Shown: piece after piece, positions 9,207 to 18,616 of the stretch
Position numbering within the stretch: the stretch's first letter is position 1
How the letters are laid out: every line of letters begins with the position of its first letter
DNA from: an uncultured Clostridia bacterium
GTDB taxonomy: Bacteria > Bacillota > Clostridia > Oscillospirales > CAG-272
Length of the DNA stretch: 60,814 bases
Assembly: GCA_944384585.1 (NCBI GenBank)
Contig: CALWTY010000006.1
Coordinates: forward strand, 1-60,814
Direction: 5' to 3'
Position numbers and translations under genes: made by a program
The notes under the pieces: generated by a model
The model's database searches: none
Seen by the model: only the letters and a program-made list of their open reading frames with translations
What the model was told of the DNA's origin: nothing

Positions 9207-11906
9207 ATGAAACTGCAATTCGATAATACAGGATATCTGACGGGCATCCTGCGCGACGACGGTATCAATCTTCTCGACAGAATCGCGCCTTTTGCCATTG
9301 TGACAGATGAAGAGGGAAGGGAGCTTTTCCCGATTGACTGCACATCAGGTCCGGGCGGTGCGGAAATTCGCTTTGAGGACGGTTCGTCCGTTGAGTTTTC
9401 TTTCACGTCGTTCCGGCGATATACCGTGATCCGGGTGCAGTCGGTTACCGGGAGACTCCGTCGTCTTCGTTTCGTCAACGCCGTGACGTCCGGGCGTGGG
9501 GGGACGGTTTTGGCAGGAATGGCGTTGACTGCGGAGACCAAGGCGTCAGCGCTTCCCGGATGTTCTGATGAGCTTTGGGCGGAGGGGTGTGCCCGGTTCG
9601 GGATGACGGGGTGCGCCTACGCACTGTTTGTCTGCCTCCGTCCCGAGATGAAAGAGATTATGCAGGAAATCACGACGACGCAGCTTGTCAATATTCCGTA
9701 TTCTCCGATCGGCGGCGCATTTGCCGCAGATAATCCTGCCGTTCGGGGCTCTTATATTTTCAACTACGATGGCGTTACCGAGACGACCGCCGATCGCTGG
9801 ATCCGGGCTGCCGAGGCAATCGGAGCGACCCAGATCGATTATCATATCGGGCAGAGTCTGCGCTTCGGGGATTGCGCACCGTCTCCCGCATGCTATCCGG
9901 ATGGATATGCTTCCCTGAAGGGAGGGGTCGATCGGTTGCATGAAGCAGGTTTGTCGGCAGGACTCCATACATATGCTTTTTTTGTGGCACCTGATTCCGG
10001 ATTCGTAACGCCGGTTCCCGACAAGGGGCTGGGGGCGGCTCATTTGTTTACGCTGCTTGAAGAAATAAATGAGGAACAGACGGATTTTCAGGTGGAAGAA
10101 TCCACGAAGGATATCAGTACGATCACGGGCTTCTGCGTTCGGAATACCGTATATCTGAATATTGATGACGAAATTATTCGCTTCGGTGCGGTCGGGGAAA
10201 ACGGCTTCAGCGCCTGCGAACGAGGGGCGCTCGGTACGCAGAAGACGTTTCACAAAAAAGGCAGCACCGTCAAGCATATCAAGGGGTGCTTCGGACTTTT
10301 CGCTCCGGATCCCGATACCGAACTGTTTGTCAAGGTGGCGGAGTCGACGGCAAATGCTTTTCGGCTCGGTGGCTTTGATATGATCTATCTTGATGCGCTG
10401 GATGGGGCGGATTTGCTGGCGGGAGAGGAATACGCATGGTATTATGCGGCAAAATTCGTCTTCGAATTGGTGAAACGGTTGGATAGACCTGCCATACTCG
10501 AAATGAGCATCATGTATCATAATCTTTGGTATCTTCGCTCACGGATGGGTGCGTGGGATCATGCGACCAGAGGATATAAAAGATTGATCGATGCCCATAA
10601 CCGCAACAATCGACGGATGGAGGAGGAATGTCTGCTTCCGCATACTCTTGGTTGGTATCATTTCGGCAGCATATCTGCCGAAACCTGTTGTATTGAGGAA
10701 CGAGGCTTTTCTGACGATTATGAATATCTCTGCAAAACCGCGCTGATCAGCGGAGATTCGCTGGCATTCACCGATTTTTCGCCGTCGATGTTTGAAACTG
10801 TCGATGAGGCTCGTCGCAACGCGGAGATCATCCGGCGGTATGAACGGCTGCGCCTGTCCGGGAAATTTCCAAAGGAGTCGGCGCCGAGCGGAGAATGCAT
10901 TCTATGCGGAGACGCGCTTGTTCCGGTTGAATACCGATCGATTGTGCTGGAGGAGGGACAGCACACCATTTTGCTTGATAATCGGGAGCTGATGCTCCTG
11001 CGCGCAGAAAACCGCCCGATAGCCGATGTGAGCCGGGAGGAGATCGAAGTGCTGACTGCGGAACAGATCCCCGGAATGCGGGTGTTTTCCTCGCTGAATG
11101 TCAAAACAGAGGTGACGGAGGACGATGATCCGATGACCGGAAGATGTATGCGGATGCGGCTGGAGCGCAAATCGGGACGGTGCGGCTACGGCAGAGCAGA
11201 GCTGCGATATCCGACACCGAAGGATTTGAAGGGAAGGCCCGCTCTGACCTTTATGCTGAAGGGCGATGGGAAGGGGGAACTTCTGAATGTCCAGCTTCGG
11301 AGCCCGCGTCATACGAACAGCGGGACCTTTGACCGCACCGTTTTGATCGATTTTTCGGGGTGGAAGCGCATTGTTCTGACCGAGACAAATGCGGCAACGC
11401 TGTATGACTATGAATGGCCCTTCAGCGGCGGAGGACATTATGTCAAACCGGAGGTCGATCCGCTGTTTGACATCTCCCCCGCCCGAGATGCGGAAACTGA
11501 GGCGGAAATTGATTGGTATGATTCCATGAAAAACGCCGGGATCTATCAAATTCTGCGTGAAAAGGTCGACTTTTCCCAAATTGAGAGTTTGTCATTTTGG
11601 GTCAACGGCATGAAGCCGGGGGAATCCTACGATCTTTGTGTTGCGGACGTTAAAGCGTGCCCGATTCTTCTTCCGGTATGCAAAGAGCTCACGATCATGG
11701 GGGACGGTATCCGGATTATGTCCGCCGGTCTTCCCCCTCTCTCCTACGCCGAGTGGCGAAACGGTGCGCTCTTCGTCTTCGACGGGGAGGGGAAGGCGAT
11801 CCCGACAAGCGCCCCGGTGCTTCCGATGGCGGCGGCGCTCTCTTCCGTTACCGCAGAGGTGCCGAAGGGCTGTCGGATCAAGCTGACCTACGGTCTGAAA
11901 CGCTGA
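9207..11906 (+). CDS. Large putative glycoside-hydrolase-like protein without a signal peptide, paralog of 3312-6065
   Basis: GLHTY, GGFDMIYLD, RSRMGAWD.ATRGYK and KGDGKG...IDFSGW are shared with the paralog. Confidence 0.55.
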   Translation: MKLQFDNTGYLTGILRDDGINLLDRIAPFAIVTDEEGRELFPIDCTSGPGGAEIRFEDGSSVEFSFTSFRRYTVIRVQSVTGRLRRLRFVNAVTSGRGGTVLAGMALTAETKASALPGCSDELWAEGCARFGMTGCAYALFVCLRPEMKEIMQEITTTQLVNIPYSPIGGAFAADNPAVRGSYIFNYDGVTETTADRWIRAAEAIGATQIDYHIGQSLRFGDCAPSPACYPDGYASLKGGVDRLHEAGLSAGLHTYAFFVAPDSGFVTPVPDKGLGAAHLFTLLEEINEEQTDFQVEESTKDISTITGFCVRNTVYLNIDDEIIRFGAVGENGFSACERGALGTQKTFHKKGSTVKHIKGCFGLFAPDPDTELFVKVAESTANAFRLGGFDMIYLDALDGADLLAGEEYAWYYAAKFVFELVKRLDRPAILEMSIMYHNLWYLRSRMGAWDHATRGYKRLIDAHNRNNRRMEEECLLPHTLGWYHFGSISAETCCIEERGFSDDYEYLCKTALISGDSLAFTDFSPSMFETVDEARRNAEIIRRYERLRLSGKFPKESAPSGECILCGDALVPVEYRSIVLEEGQHTILLDNRELMLLRAENRPIADVSREEIEVLTAEQIPGMRVFSSLNVKTEVTEDDDPMTGRCMRMRLERKSGRCGYGRAELRYPTPKDLKGRPALTFMLKGDGKGELLNVQLRSPRHTNSGTFDRTVLIDFSGWKRIVLTETNAATLYDYEWPFSGGGHYVKPEVDPLFDISPARDAETEAEIDWYDSMKNAGIYQILREKVDFSQIESLSFWVNGMKPGESYDLCVADVKACPILLPVCKELTIMGDGIRIMSAGLPPLSYAEWRNGALFVFDGEGKAIPTSAPVLPMAAALSSVTAEVPKGCRIKLTYGLKR

Positions 11907-11920
11907 ATGGAATCGAGCGG

Positions 11921-11942
11921 CTGCCCGCCGTGCGGCGGGCAG
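11921..11942 (+). terminator. GC-rich hairpin closing the accessory cluster
   Basis: CTGCCCGCCG-TG-CGGCGGGCAG; weak U-tract. Confidence 0.5.
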
Positions 11943-11982
11943 GCGCTTTGCGCTTAATTCTCCGATTATTTTCGAAAACGGA

Positions 11983-12012
11983 TTGACTTTTGGCCGCCTT
12001 GTGTGCTATAAT
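11983..12012 (+). promoter_or_regulatory. sigmaA promoter of the pur operon
   Basis: TTGACT-N18-TATAAT with extended -10 TG. Confidence 0.8.
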
Positions 12013-12025
12013 AGGACAAGTAGAG

Positions 12026-12131
12026 GTTTTCCGCAACTGACGGAGGGGTGGGCTACCACCGGGGAACGGGAAATAATATTGCCGACCGTCTGGGCAGTTT
12101 TGCACATACCGCAAGACTGCCCGCTTTTTTT
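12026..12131 (+). ncRNA. ZMP/ZTP (pfl) riboswitch with intrinsic terminator
   Basis: AACTGACGG...GGTGG-GCTA-CCACC-GGGGA...GCCGACCGTCTGGGCA; pseudoknot GACGG/CCGTC; overlapping terminator GGGCAGTTTTGC...GCAAGACTGCCC followed by a T-run; upstream of purE. Confidence 0.93.
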
Positions 12132-12179
12132 GTTCGCGGACAAGCCTCACAGCGCAATTTATTTCGAAGGAGCTCGGTC

Positions 12180-12680
12180 ATGAAAAAGAAAGTCGGAATT
12201 CTGATGGGGAGCGACAGTGATCTTCCCGTCGCGGAAAAAGCGGTCCATGTGCTGAAGGAATACGGCATCCCCTTTGAGGTGCATGTCTACTCGGCGCACA
12301 GAACGCCTGCGGAAGCAAAGGAATTTGCGGAAAAAGCCCGTGAAAGGGGCTTCGGAGCGATTATCGCGGCGGCGGGGATGGCGGCGCATCTGGCAGGCGC
12401 GATCGCGGCGAATACCACCCTCCCCGTGATCGGGATTCCGATCAAAGCAAAGAATCTGGACGGTCTTGACGCGCTGCTGTCGACGGTGCAGATGCCGACC
12501 GGTATGCCGGTGGCGACGGTGGCGATCGACGGCGCGGCCAATGCGGCACTGCTTGCCGTGCAGATTCTTGCGATCTCGGACGAGTCGCTCGCTGCCCGTC
12601 TTGACGAGGCCAGAAAGGCGGGCGCCGCCGCCGTGCTTGAGAAAAACCGCGCGGTCGAGGCGCGCTTCGCCGCCGAATAA
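12180..12680 (+). CDS. purE: N5-CAIR mutase
   Basis: [27 protein letters not shown]. Confidence 0.97.
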   Translation: MKKKVGILMGSDSDLPVAEKAVHVLKEYGIPFEVHVYSAHRTPAEAKEFAEKARERGFGAIIAAAGMAAHLAGAIAANTTLPVIGIPIKAKNLDGLDALLSTVQMPTGMPVATVAIDGAANAALLAVQILAISDESLAARLDEARKAGAAAVLEKNRAVEARFAAE

Positions 12681-12768
12681 AGCCCCCCCTGCGGGGCGCA
12701 GTGCGGCGCTTTGACGCCGCCTTAACGGGAATACCGAATCCAACAGAGAAAACGGAAGGAACAGGATC

Positions 12769-13482
12769 ATGGAAAAAAGAGAACAGATTTACGAGGGAAA
12801 AGCCAAGAAGGTCTTTGCCACGGATGACGCGGAGCTGGTGATCGTCTCCTACAAAGACGACGCGACGGCCCTTGACGGCCTGAAGAAGGGGACCATTGCG
12901 GGAAAGGGCGCGGTCAATAACCGGATGTCCAACTTTCTGATGCAGATCCTTGAGAAGGAAGGCGTCCCGACTCATTTCGTCAAGGAGCTTTCCGATCGGG
13001 AAACGGTGGTGAAAAAGGTCTCGATCGTCCCTCTCGAGGTGATTATCCGCAATATTTCGGCAGGCTCCTTTGCCAAGCGCTACGGCGTGGAGGAGGGCAT
13101 CGTCTTTGACGCGCCGACCATCGAGTTTTCCTATAAGAACGATGAGCTGCATGATCCGCTGATCAATTCCTACCATGCCGTTGCGCTGAAGCTGGCGACC
13201 TCCGCGGAGATCGATCGGATCAAGGAGATGGCCTTCAAGGTGAATTCGGTGCTGCGGGAATACTTCCTCCGCCTCGGTGTCAAGCTGGTCGATTTCAAGC
13301 TCGAGTTCGGCCGTCTTCCCGACGGTACGATCGTGCTGGCCGATGAAATTTCGCCCGACACCTGCCGCTTCTGGGACAGCAAGACCAACGAGAAGCTCGA
13401 TAAGGATCGCTTCAGACGGGATATGGGCGGCGTAGAAGACGCCTACCGCGAAATGATGAAGCGTGTCTTCGGCAGCTGCTGA
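12769..13482 (+). CDS. purC: SAICAR synthetase
   Basis: YEGKAK, DFKLEFG, ADEISPDTCRFWD. Confidence 0.97.
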   Translation: MEKREQIYEGKAKKVFATDDAELVIVSYKDDATALDGLKKGTIAGKGAVNNRMSNFLMQILEKEGVPTHFVKELSDRETVVKKVSIVPLEVIIRNISAGSFAKRYGVEEGIVFDAPTIEFSYKNDELHDPLINSYHAVALKLATSAEIDRIKEMAFKVNSVLREYFLRLGVKLVDFKLEFGRLPDGTIVLADEISPDTCRFWDSKTNEKLDKDRFRRDMGGVEDAYREMMKRVFGSC

Positions 13483-13543
13483 CCGGAGACGCAAAGGACA
13501 GCAACGGACAGAAATCTATATACGGGGTTCGGGATAGCGTGCT

Positions 13544-14974
13544 ATGAGTAATTTGAAGGAAGAATGCGGCGTATTCGGAATATATGCGGGAGAGACCTGC
13601 GATCTGGCCTCCGACGTCTACTGCGGACTGTTTTCGCTTCAGCACCGCGGGCAGGAGAGCTGCGGAATCGTGATCAATGACGACGGGCTCTTTACCGCCT
13701 ACAAGGACAACGGGCTGGTGAACGACGTCTTTTCCCCCGATCGGCTTGCGGCGCTCGGCAACGGAAATATTGCGGTCGGACACGTCCGCTACGGGACGAC
13801 GGGAGGCAATGCCAGAGAAAATGTGCAGCCGATCGTGGTCAATCACATCAAGGGCAGAATGGCGCTGGCGCACAACGGCAATCTCGTCAATTCCTATGAG
13901 CTGCGCTCGGCGCTTGAGTTGGATGGCTCCATCTTCCATACCACAAGCGATACCGAGGTGATCTCTTATATCATCACAAAGGAGCGCCTCAGCGCGCCGA
14001 CCATCGAGGAGGCGGTCAACCGTGCGATGAACCGCATTGCCGGCGCCTATTCCCTTGTGATGATGTCGCCGCAGAAGCTGATTGCCGTGCGGGACGAAAA
14101 CGGCTTCCGCCCCCTCTGCTACGGCAAGACCCCCGACGGCAAATACGTCGTCGCCTCCGAGAGCTGCGCGCTTGACGCGGTGGGAGCGACGATGATCCGG
14201 GACGTCGAGCCGGGGGAGATCGTTATCTTCGACCGCAGCGGTGTCAGGAGCATCCGCGATCATTGCGGGAAGCGCAAGCCCTCCCTCTGCGTCTTCGAAT
14301 ATATCTATTTTGCGCGCCCCGATTCTGTCATCGACGGCTGCAACGTTCATGCCGCACGCTCAAGGGCCGGGGCGTTTCTGGCGCTGGAGCATCCGGTTCA
14401 GGCCGATATCGTCGTCGGCGTGCCCGATTCCGGCATCGACGCCGCCATCGGCTATTCCAAGCAGTCGGGCATTCCGTATGAAATGGGCTTTGTCAAGAGC
14501 AAGTATATTGCCCGCACCTTTATTGCGCCGGGACAGAAATCGCGGGAGAGCAAGGTCAAGCTGAAGCTCAACCCGATCTCCGAGACGGTAAGGGGCAAGC
14601 GGGTGGTGCTGATCGACGACTCGATTGTGAGAGGGACGACCAGCGCCCGCATCGTCCGGCTTCTGCGGGAGGCCGGCGCGAAGGAGGTCCATATGCGGAT
14701 CTCCGCGCCCCCCTTCCTCAACCCCTGCTATTACGGGACAGACATCGATTCCCGAGAGAATCTGATCGCCTGCAGTCATACCGTGAAGGAGACGGCTGAG
14801 ATCATCGGCGCAGACAGCCTCGGCTACCTCAGCGTCGAGAGCGTGCGGAAGATCGCCAGGGGCATGGAGGAGGGCGGCTACTGTACCGCCTGCTTCAGCG
14901 GGGAATACCCCACCGAGATCCCGAAGGAAACCAACAAAAACCGCTTCGAGAGAAAGATTTCGGACTCTCAATGA
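13544..14974 (+). CDS. purF: Amidophosphoribosyltransferase
   Basis: EECGVFG, QHRGQE, DDSIVRGTT, Fe-S cysteines. Confidence 0.97.
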   Translation: MSNLKEECGVFGIYAGETCDLASDVYCGLFSLQHRGQESCGIVINDDGLFTAYKDNGLVNDVFSPDRLAALGNGNIAVGHVRYGTTGGNARENVQPIVVNHIKGRMALAHNGNLVNSYELRSALELDGSIFHTTSDTEVISYIITKERLSAPTIEEAVNRAMNRIAGAYSLVMMSPQKLIAVRDENGFRPLCYGKTPDGKYVVASESCALDAVGATMIRDVEPGEIVIFDRSGVRSIRDHCGKRKPSLCVFEYIYFARPDSVIDGCNVHAARSRAGAFLALEHPVQADIVVGVPDSGIDAAIGYSKQSGIPYEMGFVKSKYIARTFIAPGQKSRESKVKLKLNPISETVRGKRVVLIDDSIVRGTTSARIVRLLREAGAKEVHMRISAPPFLNPCYYGTDIDSRENLIACSHTVKETAEIIGADSLGYLSVESVRKIARGMEEGGYCTACFSGEYPTEIPKETNKNRFERKISDSQ

Positions 14975-14992
14975 GCGAAAGGAAAGGGAACA

Positions 14993-16039
14993 ATGATGAA
15001 AAGCTACAGCGAGAGCTATAAAAACGCCGGCGTGGATATTACGGCCGGATACCGCGCGGTCGAGCTGATGAAGAAGCATATCGCGCGCACCAGAACCGAG
15101 GGCTGCCTTGACGATATCGGCGGATTCGGCGGCTGCTTCGGGCTTCCGGTCAAGGGCATGGAGGAGCCTGTCCTGGTTTCGGGGACCGACGGCTGCGGCA
15201 CGAAGGTCAAGCTGGCGATCCTGACCGACCGTCACGATACCATCGGCATCGACGCGGTGGCAATGTGCGTCAACGATATCATCTGCGTCGGCGCAAGACC
15301 GCTGTTTTTCCTTGACTACATCGCCTGCGGAAAGAATATCCCCGAAAAGATCGCCGCAATCGTATCGGGCGTGGCGGAGGGCTGCGTGCAGGCCGGCGCA
15401 GCGCTCATCGGCGGCGAGACGGCGGAGCATCCCGGACTGATGCCGCCGGAGGACTACGATCTGGCGGGCTTTGCCGTCGGGATTGTCGATCGGAAGAAAA
15501 TCCTCGACAAGAACGCGGCAAGAGCGGGCGATGCGGTGCTGGCGCTTCCCTCGTCCGGGATTCACAGCAACGGCTTCTCCCTCTGCCGCAAGGTCTTCGA
15601 TATCGACGGCAACAGCCCTGCGCTTTATCAGTCGAGGGAGGAGCTTGGCGGCAAAACGGTGGCGCAGACCCTCCTTACCCCGACCAAAATCTATGTCAAG
15701 CCGGTGCTGGCGCTGCTTGAAAAGGTCACGGTACACGGCATCTCCCACATCACGGGAGGCGGCTTCTATGAGAACATCCCGCGCAGCATCCCCGACGGGC
15801 TGGGCGCGGTGATCGATCGCGCCGCGGTGCGGGTGCTGCCGATCTTCGATCTGATCGCGAAGACGGGCGGCATCCCGGAGCGCGATATGTTCAACACCTT
15901 CAATATGGGAGTCGGAATGTGTCTGACCGTGCCGAAGGACGAGGCGGATACCGCCCTTGCGGTGTTGAGAGAGCAGGGGGAGGACCCCTACGTCATCGGA
16001 GAGCTTGCCGTCTCCGACGAGAAGCTCACGATCCGCTGA
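14993..16039 (+). CDS. purM: AIR synthetase
   Basis: YKNAGVD, GTDGCGTK, GGETAEHPG, HITGGG. Confidence 0.97.
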   Translation: MMKSYSESYKNAGVDITAGYRAVELMKKHIARTRTEGCLDDIGGFGGCFGLPVKGMEEPVLVSGTDGCGTKVKLAILTDRHDTIGIDAVAMCVNDIICVGARPLFFLDYIACGKNIPEKIAAIVSGVAEGCVQAGAALIGGETAEHPGLMPPEDYDLAGFAVGIVDRKKILDKNAARAGDAVLALPSSGIHSNGFSLCRKVFDIDGNSPALYQSREELGGKTVAQTLLTPTKIYVKPVLALLEKVTVHGISHITGGGFYENIPRSIPDGLGAVIDRAAVRVLPIFDLIAKTGGIPERDMFNTFNMGVGMCLTVPKDEADTALAVLREQGEDPYVIGELAVSDEKLTIR

Positions 16040-16050
16040 GAGGTGATGAT

Positions 16051-16668
16051 ATGAACAAGACCGGAATCGTCGTCCTGATCTCGGGCGGGGGCACCAATCT
16101 GCAGGCGCTGATCGACGCCGAGCGGAGCGGACGTCTCCCGGCGGGACAGATCGTGGGAGTGATTTCCTCCTCCCCCGCCGCATACGGCCTGGAGCGCGCC
16201 AAGCTCGCGGGGATTCCCTCCGCGGTGGTCGACCGCCGGGCAGTCGGCACGCAGGAGGCGTTTGAAGCGCGGCTGCTGTCGCTGATCGAATGCTTCGGCG
16301 GGGAGCTGATCGTGCTGGCGGGCTTTATGTCGATCCTCAGCGGAGACTTTACCGCTCGGTATCCCGAACGGATCATCAATGTCCATCCCTCCCTGATCCC
16401 CTCCTTCTGCGGGAAGGGATATTACGGACTGAAGGTACACGAGGCGGCGCTGGCCTACGGCGTCAAGGTGACCGGCGCGACGGTTCACTTCGTCAACGAG
16501 GTGACCGACGGCGGCAGAATTCTGCTCCAGAAGGCGGTCTGCGTTGAGGAGGGCGATACCCCGCAGATCCTTCAGCAGCGCGTGATGCGGGAGGCGGAAT
16601 GGATCATTCTGCCGCAGGCGGTGCAGATGGTTGCAAATGAAATCATGCTTCAAAAGGAGAACGGCTGA
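16051..16668 (+). CDS. purN: GAR formyltransferase
   Basis: ISGGGTNLQA, NVHPSLIP, GATVHFV. Confidence 0.96.
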   Translation: MNKTGIVVLISGGGTNLQALIDAERSGRLPAGQIVGVISSSPAAYGLERAKLAGIPSAVVDRRAVGTQEAFEARLLSLIECFGGELIVLAGFMSILSGDFTARYPERIINVHPSLIPSFCGKGYYGLKVHEAALAYGVKVTGATVHFVNEVTDGGRILLQKAVCVEEGDTPQILQQRVMREAEWIILPQAVQMVANEIMLQKENG

Positions 16669-16669
16669 C

Positions 16670-17386
16670 ATGGCAGCATATGAGATAGAACGGCTTCTGA
16701 AAGAGAATTCCTACCCCGGCCGCGGGATCATCATCGGACAGTCCCCCGACGGGAAAAAGGCGATGATCGCCTATTTTATCATGGGGCGAAGCGAAAACAG
16801 CCGCAATCGGGTGTTCGAGTGCTTTGAGGACGGGATGAGGACCCGCGCCTTTGACGAATCGAAGCTCTCCGACCCCAGTCTTATCATCTATAATCCCTTC
16901 CGTCATACCGTCTGCACCGACATCATCACAAACGGCGATCAGACCGACACGATCTATGACGCATTGAAGGAGGGACGCAGCTTCGAGGACGCCCTCAGAT
17001 TGCGGGAATTCGAGCCGGATGCGCCGAACTATACGCCGAGGATCTCCGGCATCGCCTACTATTCCTTCAAGCGGCAGGTCTTCACCTATAAGCTCTCGAT
17101 CCTCAAGAGCGCAGACGGAAACCCCGCCTCCTGCCGCCGCTTTTTCTATGAGTATCCCCCTCTGCCCGGCGTCGGACATTTTATCCACACCTATCGCTGC
17201 GACGGAAATCCCATCCCCTCCTTCTGCGGAGAGCCGGAGGAAATCGCCCTTCCCGATACCGCGGAGGAGCTGGCGAAGACGCTGTGGGGCAGCCTCAACG
17301 AGAGCAATAAGGTCTCGCTTTACGTCCGGTCCGTCCCGCTTGACGGAAGCAAGCCCACCGAGCTTGTGATCAACAAGAATTCCTGA
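16670..17386 (+). CDS. Stand-alone IMP cyclohydrolase (PurO-like)
   Basis: YPGRGII, YFIMGRSENSRNR, TNGDQTD, EPDAPNYTPRISG. Confidence 0.85.
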   Translation: MAAYEIERLLKENSYPGRGIIIGQSPDGKKAMIAYFIMGRSENSRNRVFECFEDGMRTRAFDESKLSDPSLIIYNPFRHTVCTDIITNGDQTDTIYDALKEGRSFEDALRLREFEPDAPNYTPRISGIAYYSFKRQVFTYKLSILKSADGNPASCRRFFYEYPPLPGVGHFIHTYRCDGNPIPSFCGEPEEIALPDTAEELAKTLWGSLNESNKVSLYVRSVPLDGSKPTELVINKNS

Positions 17387-17412
17387 TTATTTCGGAGCAA
17401 GGAGTAGTGCCA

Positions 17413-18597
17413 ATGAACGAATTTCAGCTGAAATACGGGTGCAATCCCAACCAGAAGCCCTCCCGCATCTATATGGACAACGGGGAGGAGCTGCCGATCG
17501 AGGTGCTGTCCGGCCGACCCGGCTACATCAATTTTCTTGACGCCTTCAATTCCTGGCAGCTCGTGCGGGAGCTGAAGGAGGCGACGGGGCTTCCCTCCGC
17601 GACCTCCTTCAAGCACGTCAGCCCCACCTCCGGCGCCGTCGCCGTTCCGCTCTCCGCGGAACTGAAGCGGGCCTGCTTCGTCGACGATATCGAGGGGCTG
17701 GACGACTCCCCCCTGGCCTGCGCCTATGCCCGTGCAAGAGGCACGGACAGAATGTCCTCCTTCGGGGACTGGATCGCGCTCTCCGACGTCTGCGACGCTG
17801 TCACCGCCTCCCTGATCAAGCGGGAGGTCTCCGACGGAATCATTGCGCCGGGCTATACCCCCGAGGCGCTGGAGCTTTTGCGGAGCAAGCGCAAGGGAAG
17901 CTACAATATCGTGAAGATCGATCCCTCCTATCGCCCCGCTCCCATCGAGCGGAAGCAGGTCTTCGGCATCACCTTTGAACAGGGACGGAACGACTTTCGG
18001 ATCAACGAAGCGCTGCTCTCCGAAATCGTGACGAAGAACAAGACGCTGCCGACCGACGCGGTGCGGGATCTGATCGTCTCGCTTATCACCCTGAAATACA
18101 CCCAGTCGAACTCGGTCTGCTATGCCCGCGACGGACAGGCGATCGGGGTGGGCGCAGGCCAGCAGTCGCGGATTCACTGTACCCGTCTGGCGGGCGGGAA
18201 GGCCGATACATGGCATCTGAGACAGTATGAGAAGGTGCTTTCGCTCCCCTTCCGCTCCGATCTCGGCCGCGCCGACCGCGACAACGTCATAGACGGCTAT
18301 ATCAATCGGAACGAGGAGGATGTCTGCGCCGACGGCGTATGGCAGCGCTATTTTGAGCGCCGCCCCGAGCCGCTGACCGAGCGGGAGGCGGCGGATTATC
18401 TCTCCTCCATCCGCGGCGTATCCCTCGGCTCCGACGCCTTCTTCCCGTTCAGCGACAACATCGAGCGGGCAAGGCGCAGCGGCGTTTCCTATATCGCCGA
18501 GCCGGGCGGCTCGATCCGCGACGACGCCGTCATCGCGTGCTGCGACCGCTACGATATGGTCATGGCCTTCACCGGCATGAGACTGTTCCATCACTGA
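17413..18597 (+). CDS. purH: AICAR formyltransferase (PurH C-terminal domain only)
   Basis: LKYGCNPNQ, SFKHVSP, GAGQQSRIHC, GSDAFFPF, TGMRLFHH; no N-terminal cyclohydrolase domain. Confidence 0.9.
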   Translation: MNEFQLKYGCNPNQKPSRIYMDNGEELPIEVLSGRPGYINFLDAFNSWQLVRELKEATGLPSATSFKHVSPTSGAVAVPLSAELKRACFVDDIEGLDDSPLACAYARARGTDRMSSFGDWIALSDVCDAVTASLIKREVSDGIIAPGYTPEALELLRSKRKGSYNIVKIDPSYRPAPIERKQVFGITFEQGRNDFRINEALLSEIVTKNKTLPTDAVRDLIVSLITLKYTQSNSVCYARDGQAIGVGAGQQSRIHCTRLAGGKADTWHLRQYEKVLSLPFRSDLGRADRDNVIDGYINRNEEDVCADGVWQRYFERRPEPLTEREAADYLSSIRGVSLGSDAFFPFSDNIERARRSGVSYIAEPGGSIRDDAVIACCDRYDMVMAFTGMRLFHH

Positions 18598-18616
18598 TCG
18601 GGTCGGGAGGGAAGCC

